Below are positions 32,014 through 42,228 of a stretch of 64,000 nt of DNA, one piece after another. This stretch comes from Desulfatiglandales bacterium (GTDB lineage: Bacteria > Desulfobacterota > DSM-4660 > Desulfatiglandales > HGW-15). Position 1 is the first letter of the stretch; every line of letters begins with the position of its first letter. The stretch lies in assembly GCA_963667015.2 (NCBI GenBank), contig CAXXJJ010000004.1, positions 224,001 through 288,000 on the forward strand, read 5' to 3'. A program made the translations under genes and the position numbers. The notes beneath the pieces were generated by a model. That model saw nothing but the letters and a program-made list of their open reading frames with translations, searched no databases and was not told where the DNA came from.

Positions 32014-34041
32014 ATGAAAATGCACCGCAGATTATGCATGGCCTTTACAGTAGTTATTTTGTTTTCGGGTTTTTTTGCAGCCCCATCCATGGCACAGGTC
32101 TCCAGACCCGGTAAATACAGTGGATATACCTCGACGATATACAGTGAAACTGTCCGAAGTTCCCGGTATGTAGCCATGAGGGACGGTATAAAACTGGCAG
32201 TGGATATTTTAAGGCCTGCAAAGGACGGGACTGCCGTAAATACCCCCCATCCGGTGCTCTGGTCATACAACTGGGGTGGCAGGGCAATAGGCGGCAGGCA
32301 TGCTGTGGACAGGCTCGACGAGATTGTGAAGTACGGATATGTTGTTGCTTTTGTGGATGCTCGTGGATGCGGTGCGTCATACGGGGTTATGGTAGGAAGC
32401 TATGCCCGTATAGAGGCTCAGGATGCCTATGATATGACCGAATGGCTCGGGACTCAGACCTGGAGCAATGGAAAAGTCGGCATGATGGGCTGCTCCCACA
32501 GCGGACAGATAGAATGGCTTGCGGCAGGCATGAGACCTCCCCATCTCAAGGCGATCTTTCCCCAGTGTTACAGCTTTGATTATTACTTTGGAAAATCACA
32601 GGGCGGTATTCCGGGCATGTTCCGATCCGGAAGCGCCTATGAACGAGAAAAAACATCCGCTCCAGTGGATGAAGACCCAACAGGCGCCATGCGCGACGAG
32701 GCTGTCGAGCAGCACAGGAAGGGTCGTTCGGATAATGACGTTTTCAGCGAACTTCCCTACAGGGACAGTCTTTCCTCCATTACAAAAAGCAGGGCATGGG
32801 AAGAGGCCAGCCCAGGAACATACCTTAAGGACATTCAGGAGTCCGGCATTCCCATCTATCAATGGGCAAGCTGGAACGATTTTTTAACAAAGGTTATGCG
32901 CGATGCCTTTATATTCCGCGCCAATGTAAAAACTGTATACAAAACAAGTGTCGGCCAGCTCGGGCACTGCGGATTCGGAAGCTTTGATCTTGTTGCGGAA
33001 GAGCTTCGCTGGTTTGACTACTGGCTCAAGGGTATAGATAACGGCATCATGGATGAACCGCCGATCTATTACAGTGTACTGAATGCCGAACCGGACAAAG
33101 AATGGAGGTTTTCATGGAAGTGGCCTCTGCCCAATGAGAAACCCGTCACATACTATTTTGAACAGGGACCGTCTGAAAGCCCTTATCCGGGCGTAAACGA
33201 CGGAATCCTCACCACAGATGCTCCTGAGAGTGCATCGGCAAAGGACAGCTCCAGGGCCGATTACACTGTTACTCCTGATACACGGGACAGCAAGGGATTC
33301 ACCTACACCTCGGAACCGTCACCGTCCGATACTGACCTTATCGGGTATGTAAAGGCAGACATATGGGTCTCATCTTCGGAAAGCGACCAGGATTTCTTCG
33401 CCTTTCTGGAGGATATCGACGAAGCAGGAAAGGGCACTGTTATCACTCAGTTCCAGCTGAGGGGATCTCACAGGGCACTGAGCGAGCCCTTTTTTGATAA
33501 TCTCGGGCTTCCATGGCGGGCCAACAAAGAATCTGAAGCAGCGATAATGCCCCCGAACCAGCCTGTGAAACTTGTCTTTGATCCCATGCCTGTTTCATAT
33601 GTTGTAAAAAAGGGCAACCGCATCAGGTTTACCATTGTCAATGCCTATCCAGGGGCCAGTTATCTTAATCCGGATGGTGCAATGGTCAGTATCTATCGGG
33701 ACAAAAATCATGTTTCCAGCATCTCCCTGCCTGTTGCCAATGATCCTGTAACAGTAGAAATTGAAATGAAGACCGATAAACCCGGTATGGAAAACGCTGA
33801 TGAATTAAGCTTCATCATAACACCGCCTTTTACTCTGGGCAAGGGATACAGGGCTGAAGATATTGATGTAAGTACACTCATGTTAAACGGAGTCGGCGCG
33901 GTGAGCACCAGGGTGAGCGGCAATACACTTGTGGCAAGATTCAGGAAGCCGTCCACAAATAAGGCGAATTCCCTGGATTTGTCGGGTAATTTTAATTTCG
34001 GGATTCCATTCAGGGGCAGCAAAAGGGTCCAGGTTAAATAA
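32014..34041 (+). CDS. Secreted CocE/NonD-family serine hydrolase
   Basis: Signal peptide, AMRDGIKLAVDI, DARGCGAS, nucleophile motif GCSHSG, RWFDYWLKG. Confidence 0.9.
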   Translation: MKMHRRLCMAFTVVILFSGFFAAPSMAQVSRPGKYSGYTSTIYSETVRSSRYVAMRDGIKLAVDILRPAKDGTAVNTPHPVLWSYNWGGRAIGGRHAVDRLDEIVKYGYVVAFVDARGCGASYGVMVGSYARIEAQDAYDMTEWLGTQTWSNGKVGMMGCSHSGQIEWLAAGMRPPHLKAIFPQCYSFDYYFGKSQGGIPGMFRSGSAYEREKTSAPVDEDPTGAMRDEAVEQHRKGRSDNDVFSELPYRDSLSSITKSRAWEEASPGTYLKDIQESGIPIYQWASWNDFLTKVMRDAFIFRANVKTVYKTSVGQLGHCGFGSFDLVAEELRWFDYWLKGIDNGIMDEPPIYYSVLNAEPDKEWRFSWKWPLPNEKPVTYYFEQGPSESPYPGVNDGILTTDAPESASAKDSSRADYTVTPDTRDSKGFTYTSEPSPSDTDLIGYVKADIWVSSSESDQDFFAFLEDIDEAGKGTVITQFQLRGSHRALSEPFFDNLGLPWRANKESEAAIMPPNQPVKLVFDPMPVSYVVKKGNRIRFTIVNAYPGASYLNPDGAMVSIYRDKNHVSSISLPVANDPVTVEIEMKTDKPGMENADELSFIITPPFTLGKGYRAEDIDVSTLMLNGVGAVSTRVSGNTLVARFRKPSTNKANSLDLSGNFNFGIPFRGSKRVQVK

Positions 34042-34132
34042 GGTGGTACTGGTACATATCCGGTCTGAGCGGACCCACTGTCAGGGTCCACATGCCGTCT
34101 TCACCCTTTACAAAGGGTACAGGTTTATTCCC
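34034..34132 (-). pseudogene. Remnant of a probable E-set/CBM48-type esterase N-terminal domain
   Basis: Reads GNKPVPFVKGEDGMWTLTVGPLRPDMYQYHLI*; no start codon found. Confidence 0.5.
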
Positions 34133-34157
34133 GGTTAAATTCTCTTTTATGAGGAAG

Positions 34158-34194
34158 AAGTATATGGAGCTGAGTTTTGTATGTCAATATACTT
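34158..34194 (-). promoter_or_regulatory. Second copy of the CocE-type promoter/operator, on the minus strand
   Basis: Minus strand reads AAGTATATTGACATACAAAACTCAGCTCCATATACTT. Confidence 0.65.
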
Positions 34195-34311
34195 TACTCG
34201 TCTCATAGGCGAGGGCAGTTCAGTTTCCCGGCATTATACCCTGAACCAGGCTTTTTACTCATTTGCACTAAAAGAAACTGCTGGAAAAAATAATGATTTT
34301 AAAAAACACAT

Positions 34312-34345
34312 AAACCCCACCTTCTCAAATAGGGAGGTGGGGTTT
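34312..34345. terminator. GC-rich hairpin, probable terminator
   Basis: AAACCCCACCTTC...GGAGGTGGGGTTT. Confidence 0.55.
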
Positions 34346-34624
34346 AGGATTACTGATTGATTATACTTTCCAAAGGCAGTTCGGTCATCGAATACCTCTC
34401 ATCTGTTTTAACGATTTAATTATCATTCTGTCTTTCCTTATAAAACTGTGAAAAATTTTATCCAAAAGTGATAAGAAATTGCATGGTTTACAGGTAAAGT
34501 TTTACACATCTTCATCATTGCTAAAAAGATATTTCTAAAGATTTTACCACTATAATAAATATATATGCTTAATTTATTTACAATTTTTATAATTTGCTGA
34601 TTTTTAATAATTTTCAGATAAAGC

Positions 34625-34639
34625 TGGCATAGTAATTGC
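34625..34639 (+). promoter_or_regulatory. Sigma54 (-24/-12) promoter of the PEP-CTERM gene
   Basis: TGGCAT-N5-TTGC; upstream GTAAAGTTTTACA (34494-34506) is a candidate enhancer site. Confidence 0.65.
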
Positions 34640-34715
34640 CACATTAAAAAATTATCTTCATGTCTAGAATTAATCAACTAAGCGTCGGACCGAGTGTAGA
34701 AAGGAGGAAATTAAA

Positions 34716-35444
34716 ATGCGGAGAATTTTTATAATAATTATTCTATTAACAGTACTTGGTATTCCTGGAATAAGTTTTTCATATACTTTTCTAGATGATT
34801 TCAACGACAGTGATTTAAATGGTTGGTCTCAAAAAATTGGTACTTGGTCAGCTGCAGATGAATATCTTGATAACAGCGGCAGCCCATATGGTGTAATCTT
34901 GAAAGATGGTTCATTCGGAGTTTATCAAGAAATCCAGGTGGATGCTTATTTTGATTTGAGCAACATTGATGATCAAATAGCGCATTTAAGATTAAGGACA
35001 ACAGAGCACGAAGGTGCAACACAACCATGGTGGGATACTGGATATCTAGGAGAGTTTCGAACGGATCACGTCACTATTTACAATACTTATTTGGGGGGTG
35101 GAAACCCAATAATTTCATTCGAATTTGATAATCCAATTAGTTCTAACGGATGGTACACGTTAACCTTTAGCGTCTCCGGTATCGGAAATGATACACATTT
35201 TGATATAGGGATTGATGGTATGGCATCCTTCGGCTACGATTATGATAATTCAATAACTGCACTGGATAGCGGTTATATTGGCCTTGGTCGGCGTATCACA
35301 TACGATAATGCACAAGGTTATTCATCTATTGCACCTGTCCCTGAACCGGCCACTATGCTTCTTCTTGGTTCCGGTCTTATGGGACTTGCAGGTTTCAGGC
35401 GCAAATTCAAAAAGGCTTCTGATTTCCCGTTCTCCGAGATCTGA
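34716..35444 (+). CDS. PEP-CTERM sorting-domain surface protein
   Basis: Signal peptide; VPEPATMLLLGSGLMGLAGFRRKFKK. Confidence 0.92.
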   Translation: MRRIFIIIILLTVLGIPGISFSYTFLDDFNDSDLNGWSQKIGTWSAADEYLDNSGSPYGVILKDGSFGVYQEIQVDAYFDLSNIDDQIAHLRLRTTEHEGATQPWWDTGYLGEFRTDHVTIYNTYLGGGNPIISFEFDNPISSNGWYTLTFSVSGIGNDTHFDIGIDGMASFGYDYDNSITALDSGYIGLGRRITYDNAQGYSSIAPVPEPATMLLLGSGLMGLAGFRRKFKKASDFPFSEI

Positions 35445-35502
35445 TCACAGTTATTCTTCTCCCTCAACAATCTACTTCCTGTCACAGGAATATTTAAAAT
35501 AA

Positions 35503-35533
35503 AAAGGCAGAGTTACTTTTAACCTCTGCCTTT
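35503..35533. terminator. Hairpin between convergent genes (probable bidirectional terminator)
   Basis: AAAGGCAGAG...CTCTGCCTTT. Confidence 0.65.
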
Positions 35534-35587
35534 CATATACCAATGTAACAATTAAAATGAATTGTTATTAAATCATACAAACTGCTG

Positions 35588-36700
35588 TTATTTAAAAACC
35601 AGCATTGTGGCAGTCTGATTGATATGACCGATAAATTCTTCGCCATAAGTGCTGAAACCTACTGTAGGTACCTCACTGAATAGTTTCCCATAGTCATCAG
35701 TCTGCTGTTTGGCCTTCAGTTCAAGAGTTCTCAATATGCAATTGAAATTGATTATCCCTGAAAAACTGCCAAACTGTTTTTCCTTATCTTCTAAGGCTTT
35801 CCTGGTCTCGTCAATAATGTTCTCTGACTGGAGAAGTGTCAGCTCAGTGTTTTCAAGAATATTGCAATAAAAAATCATGCTGCTGCCCTGGACCTGCTGG
35901 GGACTTCTTACATAGGGTTCATCTCCTACCATAAGTCCAACGGGGTTTGTCATAAAATAATCAGGGGCTTTTTCTGCCTCAATACCCAGTAATGAGGCAT
36001 ATTCCTGAACCGCCGGCCGATTGTTGAATTCAATAACTTCTCTTCTTGCCTCGTCAACCTTTGTAGCAGTTAAAGCGATATTTAAAGATTTAAAACTCTG
36101 TGTCTTGATAAAATCAAACTTAACACCAACCTTTATCAATACCAGTAATGCGGAATTTGAATATGCTTTTCCATTTGCAAAAACATGAGTCTGTTTGAAC
36201 TTAAGGTTATCGCCCGCAGAACCGCCTATAAATGTAACATTTGTAAGATCTCCAATCCTGTCCATGACTCTTTCTTCTGCACCGCTCAGGCCGTCCACAA
36301 GAATCAAACCGATATGTTTTTCCGGATCAAGTTCCTGCATCGGGACTCCATAATAATTCTCAAAGGCCTTGAAGGCCTTTTCCACTGCTGTATTTGAGTC
36401 ATCAGCTATATTCTCAAGTACTTCAATTTTAATGTCCTGTACGACTTTGCTGTTTAGACCCATGGCAACGACAGAATCATCCAGCATCTTCCCTGATGTT
36501 ATTTCTCCTGATGTAGTACATCCAAAAACCGGTATATCTCCAAAGGCTGCCTGCATTTTGCTGCTCAATTTATCAGGATCAATATTTGATGATCCAAAAT
36601 AAAGAACCGCGCCGGATTTAATTTCATTCAATTCATTACTGATTTCATTTACTGCATCATCCAATTTTTGATTAACTGAATAACTTGTTCCAATATTCAT
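35588..36700 (-). CDS. Stand-alone FIST-domain protein
   Basis: GCTTSGEI, GGSAGD, NCILR, GFSTYGE...HINQT. Confidence 0.88.
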   Translation of the reverse strand: MNIGTSYSVNQKLDDAVNEISNELNEIKSGAVLYFGSSNIDPDKLSSKMQAAFGDIPVFGCTTSGEITSGKMLDDSVVAMGLNSKVVQDIKIEVLENIADDSNTAVEKAFKAFENYYGVPMQELDPEKHIGLILVDGLSGAEERVMDRIGDLTNVTFIGGSAGDNLKFKQTHVFANGKAYSNSALLVLIKVGVKFDFIKTQSFKSLNIALTATKVDEARREVIEFNNRPAVQEYASLLGIEAEKAPDYFMTNPVGLMVGDEPYVRSPQQVQGSSMIFYCNILENTELTLLQSENIIDETRKALEDKEKQFGSFSGIINFNCILRTLELKAKQQTDDYGKLFSEVPTVGFSTYGEEFIGHINQTATMLVFK

Positions 36701-36728
36701 AATCATCTCCTTATCGTCCTATTAGCAG

Positions 36729-36929
36729 TTAAATAGACACGCCCATTTCCTGTGCGGCTGCTTTTATTTTCTTTATTATTTCAGGGTCATCTTCACTTGT
36801 GTTTGTAAATTTATCCGGATTAAAGCCTTTAAGAATTAATTTTGTTTTGGTGAGATTCATCATTGTGATATTGCCATTTGATCTTTTGGCAATGATTTCA
36901 TCGAGCATTTTCTTTATCACTCCAGCCAT
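36729..36929 (-). CDS. Small hypothetical protein (66 aa) upstream of the FIST gene
   Basis: GGAGGT RBS; MAGVIKKMLDEII...KTKLILKGFNPDK. Confidence 0.7.
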   Translation of the reverse strand: MAGVIKKMLDEIIAKRSNGNITMMNLTKTKLILKGFNPDKFTNTSEDDPEIIKKIKAAAQEMGVSI

Positions 36930-37153
36930 AGATACCTCCATTAGAATTCGAGCTTCAGTTATCAGATCTATATTAAATCGGCAGTTAAGGTAAGAACTTG
37001 AAAATAAAATATTAGGACAGGTCGTGCTACGCATGCATTCACTGTATTCGGTTCTGATAGATACAGAGAGGATGCGGACATAAAATCATGGAAAAGATTC
37101 AGCCTGTTTTCTCCCTGTAATTTCGAAGTGTACCTGAGAAATCTTTGTTTCTC

Positions 37154-37295
37154 CTGATCTCCGACATAAGATATCTGCCCTCCCTGTCACGGCGTAGCTG
37201 TAAACGAAGCCGGCTGTTTTTATGCTTTTCCTAACAGCCTACCATGGCACGGCGTAGTAATACGAAGCCGGCAGTCTAACAGTCTGTTTTTCCCT
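37154..37295. repeat. 142-bp repeat, copy 1, containing two REP-like hairpins
   Basis: Near-identical to 39386-39527; CACGGCGTAG...ACGAAGCC occurs twice in each copy. Confidence 0.85.
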
Positions 37296-37350
37296 TGACT
37301 AAACCACCCCACAGGAGTACACAAATACAATAAATACCAAGACTTACCTG

Positions 37351-37441
37351 CCCTGTTAAATTTCCCAGAGGGAACCTTATTAAACAGGGTAAACCCTGTT
37401 AAATTCGCACAGCGAAGCTACGAAGCAGCATTTATACAGGG
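37351..37441. repeat. Two tandem CCCTGTTAAAT...ACAGGG hairpins
   Basis: Same family at 40887-40934, 47925-47970 and 57407-57452. Confidence 0.8.
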
Positions 37442-37598
37442 AGACTTCTCGAATTTTGAATCTCTAATATATTTAACGTTACTAACAGCCTTCCCTGGTA
37501 TGTCGTAGCTTAAGCGACGGCGGAAGCCTGTTTATATATGTATGATGTCAAGGGCGGACCCTGGCTGCATATTAATCTGAAAATCAGGAGAATATCTT

Positions 37599-39284
37599 AT
37601 GAAAAACATGAAGAACATAGTGTTGATTATCTTTCTGTGTCTTTCTTTATTAATACTTTCCGGCAGCAACATCAGTAATAATACAGATAACACCGGGTAT
37701 CTGCCCGGTGGAGAACCGTTCCATGTAAATAAGGACTACAACAAAAAACCTGTGCAGGTCATAGGTAATGACATCATTAAGAAACTGGACAATGGAGAAT
37801 TTGAGGATATAGAAAAATACATAGATTACCTTGTTTCTGAAAAGCCCTATTCAGTCAATGGAACAAGGCTCCTTGAAGAGCTCTATGATTATGTGGCGCA
37901 GAATTCATTCAACATTGACATGCTTAACAAATGGTGTGCAAAAGAGCCGTCACATCACTCGGCCTTTATATTCAGAGGTAATTATTATATCACCGTGGCC
38001 TGGATGCACAGGGGAGGCGGCCTTGGGGGTGGTGTTACTGAAGACGGGTACAGAAATTTATATAAATATTTATGGCTTGCAGAAAAGGACCTTAACAGGG
38101 CCTGGAGTATGAATCCCGCGGACCCGAACAGTGCAGCCTCCATGCCTACAGTATGCACCGGTTTAAGAAGGCCGCTGAAGGAGATGGATGCCTGGTTTAA
38201 AAAGGCAGTAACTGCTGACCCGGTTACATATTCATCCTATGCAAATAAACAGAACCATATAAGGTCGAAATGGAACGGCTCCCAGAAAAGAGATTTTGCA
38301 TTTGCCGAGGACTGCTATTATAATGCTCCCCCAAAAAGTGTTATTCATGAAATCATGCTGGATTATCATATTGAATTTGTCAACTGGGAAAGAAAAGACC
38401 CTTTTAAATACTTCAGCGATCCTTCTGTACAGGAAATAATTGATAACATAGCCGAAAAGACCTTTAAAAATTTTCCTGACTCTGTTTCATTAAAGAGCAA
38501 ACTTGCAGAAATAGAAATATATAAGAAGAATTATTCAAACGCTCTTGAGCTTTACAGTGAAATACTTGAAAAAGACCCGGATAACCTTGAAGCTCTGACA
38601 ATAAGAGCAGCGCTGTATTCGCAGATGAGAAAAACTGACCTGGCCCGGGCGGATATTGAAAAAAGCATCAAATTGCGTCAGTCCAGAAAACAAAGACAAT
38701 TGCCCACTGTAACCAAAGATGATTCAAAGCGTATTCCTGAAAAAATCCTTTCTCACTATACAGGCACATACGAAATAAGCCCTGTGGAAAAATTTGTTTT
38801 TTCCCTGTTCAGAACAAGGCTGATGATACTGCTGCCCGGTAACAGGCTTGAACCGCTGTTCCCTGAATCAGATTCAAAATTTTATAATCCCACCTATGGC
38901 ATGTTCGAATTTTTTAAAGATGACAGCGGTAAAACAACTCACCTGACAGTCACCAGGGATGGTGTTGAAAAGAAAGCCAGGTATATAACTGATAACATTC
39001 ACGATAAAGAGGGTATAACACTGCCGGCTGAAATGCTGTCACAGTACATAGGAAGTTATCAGATAACCCCGTCTAATATTGTTGAGGTTACATTGGAAGG
39101 GAACCAGTTATATGCACAGACTCCAGGCTATCTAAAAAAAGCAATATGTCCAGAATCAGAAACAGTTTTCTTTTACAGGATAGCAGACGCTAAAATCCAA
39201 TTTATAAAAGATGAAAACGGAAAAGTAACAGACTTTATACTTATGCAGGGTGCCACCAAAGTACAAAAAGGCCGTCGAATATAG
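37599..39284 (+). CDS. Exported DUF4034-like / TPR / tandem DUF3471-like protein
   Basis: Signal peptide, VAWMHRGGG, TPR region, two LSxYxGxYxI repeats. Confidence 0.7.
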   Translation: MKNMKNIVLIIFLCLSLLILSGSNISNNTDNTGYLPGGEPFHVNKDYNKKPVQVIGNDIIKKLDNGEFEDIEKYIDYLVSEKPYSVNGTRLLEELYDYVAQNSFNIDMLNKWCAKEPSHHSAFIFRGNYYITVAWMHRGGGLGGGVTEDGYRNLYKYLWLAEKDLNRAWSMNPADPNSAASMPTVCTGLRRPLKEMDAWFKKAVTADPVTYSSYANKQNHIRSKWNGSQKRDFAFAEDCYYNAPPKSVIHEIMLDYHIEFVNWERKDPFKYFSDPSVQEIIDNIAEKTFKNFPDSVSLKSKLAEIEIYKKNYSNALELYSEILEKDPDNLEALTIRAALYSQMRKTDLARADIEKSIKLRQSRKQRQLPTVTKDDSKRIPEKILSHYTGTYEISPVEKFVFSLFRTRLMILLPGNRLEPLFPESDSKFYNPTYGMFEFFKDDSGKTTHLTVTRDGVEKKARYITDNIHDKEGITLPAEMLSQYIGSYQITPSNIVEVTLEGNQLYAQTPGYLKKAICPESETVFFYRIADAKIQFIKDENGKVTDFILMQGATKVQKGRRI

Positions 39285-39385
39285 AAGGCTCCAGTAAACC
39301 GGATGGGTCAGTTCTTCACAGGCTGACCCCAGGTTTTTCTCTTTTCCTAACAGTCTTCAGCCTTCAATCTGATTTGCCCTGACCT

Positions 39386-39527
39386 CTGATCTCCGACCTC
39401 AGATCTCTGCCCTCCCTGTCACGGCGTAGCTGTAAACGAAGCCGGCTGGTTTATTGCTTTTCCTAACAGCCTACCATGGCACGGCGTAGTAATACGAAGC
39501 CTACAGTCTAATTCCCTGTTTTTCCCT
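39386..39527. repeat. 142-bp repeat, copy 2
   Basis: Direct repeat of 37154-37295. Confidence 0.85.
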
Positions 39528-39771
39528 GACCTCTGACCTCCGACAACTGGCCTTTTGTTTCTTTTCAACTTTGAGCTTTCAGCTCTCCTACTTTTCTTTC
39601 TTGAATTTATCACAAAAAAGTCCTAAGAATAACTGTGTCTTTTCGGGCAAAATGAATTACCGCTTTAAAGTCTTTCTAAATCAATCAGATCTGATCAAAC
39701 TTATAAAATCATAAATAATTCTATGATGAACTGAGAAGACGTGGGTCTAATCAATAAATCAGGGAGTAGAT

Positions 39772-40648
39772 ATGAGCGAAAATAAAATTGAGTCGCTGGA
39801 ACTGATAGAATCTAAAATCTATACAATTCGCGGTATCCAGGTAATGCTTGATAAAGATCTTGCTGCCTTCTACAGGGTTAAACCTATACGATTGAGGGAA
39901 CAGGTAAAACGAAATAAAAAACGATTTCCACCCGATTTTATGTTTCAATTGACGGAAGAAGAAGCTGATCATATGGTATCGCAAAATGCGATACCTTCCA
40001 GAAAGCATTTAGGAGGTTCGCTGCCCTATGTTTTTACTGAGCAGGGAGTGGGTGCATTATCGGCAGTTTTAACAAGTGATAGAGCTGTAGAAGTAGGTAT
40101 TCAGATTATGAGGGCATTTATAGCGATGCGTCGTTTCATCATTTCTAATGCAGGTATATTTCAGCGGATTGATACTCTTGAATTAAAACAAATTGAAACA
40201 GATAAAAAATTGGCTCAGGTTTTGGATGTTATTGAACGCAAAGAGGTTCAACCTCGCCAGGGGATATTTTATAATGGCCAGGTATTTGATGCATACTCTT
40301 TTGTCTGTGACCTGGTTCGTCGGGCAAAAAAATCGATTATTCTGATTGATAACTATGTCGATGATTCTGTTCTAACATTACTCAGCAAACGCAAAACGGA
40401 TGTTGCTGCCACTATTTATACAAAAAGCATATCAAAACAACTCCAATTGGATCTTAAAAAGCACAACGCACAAATATCCGGCCATAGCAATTAAAACCTT
40501 TAAGATTGCTCATGATCGATTCCTTATAATCGATGAAAAAGAGATTTATCATATCGGAGCTTCATTAAAGGATCTGGGTAAAAAGTGGTTTGGTTTCTCT
40601 AAATTTGAAGTTGGTGCAGTTGAGATGCTTAAAAAATTAAAGAGTTAG
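39772..40648 (+). pseudogene. ORF6N-domain DNA-binding protein, frameshifted at about 40472
   Basis: IRGIQVMLDKDLA, RFPPDFMFQL, PYVFTEQGV; removing one A joins HNAQ to YPAI...HDRFLIID...HIGASLKDLGKK. Confidence 0.82.
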
Positions 40649-41111
40649 AATTAAGCGAATGGTTTCTGATCTCCCTGGGCGCCGAAGCCCCGGCGAAGGC
40701 GGCTGCTTTTCCCTTTACTTTTCCCAACAACAGGAGTACACAAACACTATCAATAAAGACTTACGACAGATCACTTGCGAAAGCGTTTCACATTAATTGA
40801 AAAGATTTTCCTAACAGCCTTTAGCCTAAAAAGCTTCAGCCTGTTTTTCTAATTTTGAATATTGAATGTTGAACCTTGAATCTTTACCCTGTTAAATTCG
40901 CATAGCGACGCTGCGAAGCAGCATTTATACAGGGTGAACTTAATATGTCTGGACTGACACCGTCGAAAGTTTGTAAGTTTTACCAAAGCATATCCAAAGC
41001 GTTGCCAGCTCCAGCACGAAAAAATAATCGTTGGAAAAACAGTGTCCCCAAAAAAACATAAATCCCATTTGCTCAAATATAGAATTCTTGTTTTGAAAAA
41101 GTATTAAAATA

Positions 41112-42228
41112 TTAACCCGGCAACAAAATACTTAACAAATGGATCGTATTTTGTTATAACACGATCATGGAAAAAATAGACGCAAGGAAACTCAGCACTG
41201 ATGCCCAACAACAAATTCGTAATCAAGTCATTCGACTCCGAAAACAGGGACGAACGCATAATGAGATCAGTGCCATTACAGGAGTGAGCCGATCCATTTG
41301 CAGTACATGGTGGGCTCTTTATCAAAAAGAAGGTAATAAAGCCCTTAAAATTAAAAAGCGTGGCCGTCCAAAGGGCAGTTGCCGCACGTTGACACCTGAT
41401 CAGGAAAAAGAATTGCAAAAAGCTATACAAGACAAATGCCCTGACCAAATGAAATTACCATTTGCTTTGTGGACACGCATTGCCGTACAGCAACTCATCA
41501 AACAATTGTGGAATATAGATATGCCGATCAGAACTGTTGGCGAGTATCTGAACAGATGGAATTTTACTCCACAAAAACCACTGAAGAAAGCCTATAAACA
41601 AAATCCAAAAGCAGTCAAAGCTTGGTTGGAGACAGAATACTCGGATATTTCCAAACGTGCAAAAAAAGAGACCGCGGAAATTCATTGGGGGGATGAGACT
41701 GGATTGTGTAACGACAGTTACCATGGAAGAAGTTACGCTCCTCGTGGTGAAACACCGGCGATTAGGCTTCATCCCAGGTGCCAGCGCGTCAACCTGATTT
41801 CCTCTGTCACCAATCAAGGTAAAGTTCGTTTTATGGTTTATAAAAACAAGATGAATTCCCAAACGATGATCAAATTCATGGAACGATTGATCAAAGATGC
41901 TGATAAAAAAATCTTTTTGATTGTAGATAATTTGAAAGTCCATCATAGCTATATTGTCAAAGACTGGCTGAAAGAACATGAAGACAAAATTGAGTTGTTC
42001 TTTCTTCCATCATATTCACCGGAATTAAATCCTGATGAATACCTAAACTGCGACCTAAAGGTCGGTGTACATTCTGGTATTCCAGCCAGAACAAAAAAAG
42101 AACTCAAGCAAAAAGCTATTTCTCATTTGAGAAAGCTTCAAAAACTACCTGGACGTGTTAAAAAATATTTTAAACACCCTAAGATTGCTTATGCTGCTTG
42201 ATAGTCTCCTATTTAATTGCCGGGTTAA
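41112..42228 (+). mobile_element. IS630-family element, copy 1 (1117 bp)
   Basis: IR TTAACCCGGCAA; TA on both sides (41110-41111 and 42229-42230). Confidence 0.93.
41167..42201 (+). CDS. IS630-family transposase
   Basis: WGDETG, IVDNLKVH, LPSYSPELNPDE. Confidence 0.95.
   Translation: MEKIDARKLSTDAQQQIRNQVIRLRKQGRTHNEISAITGVSRSICSTWWALYQKEGNKALKIKKRGRPKGSCRTLTPDQEKELQKAIQDKCPDQMKLPFALWTRIAVQQLIKQLWNIDMPIRTVGEYLNRWNFTPQKPLKKAYKQNPKAVKAWLETEYSDISKRAKKETAEIHWGDETGLCNDSYHGRSYAPRGETPAIRLHPRCQRVNLISSVTNQGKVRFMVYKNKMNSQTMIKFMERLIKDADKKIFLIVDNLKVHHSYIVKDWLKEHEDKIELFFLPSYSPELNPDEYLNCDLKVGVHSGIPARTKKELKQKAISHLRKLQKLPGRVKKYFKHPKIAYAA

Noticed and set aside
37154..39527. Possible CRISPR array suggested by the repeated CACGGCGTAG...CGAAGCC units
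   Set aside because: Only two units per block, the intervening sequence is itself duplicated rather than unique, and no cas genes are present.
41104..41979. Antisense ORFs present in both IS630 copies
   Set aside because: They are conserved only because the element is duplicated.
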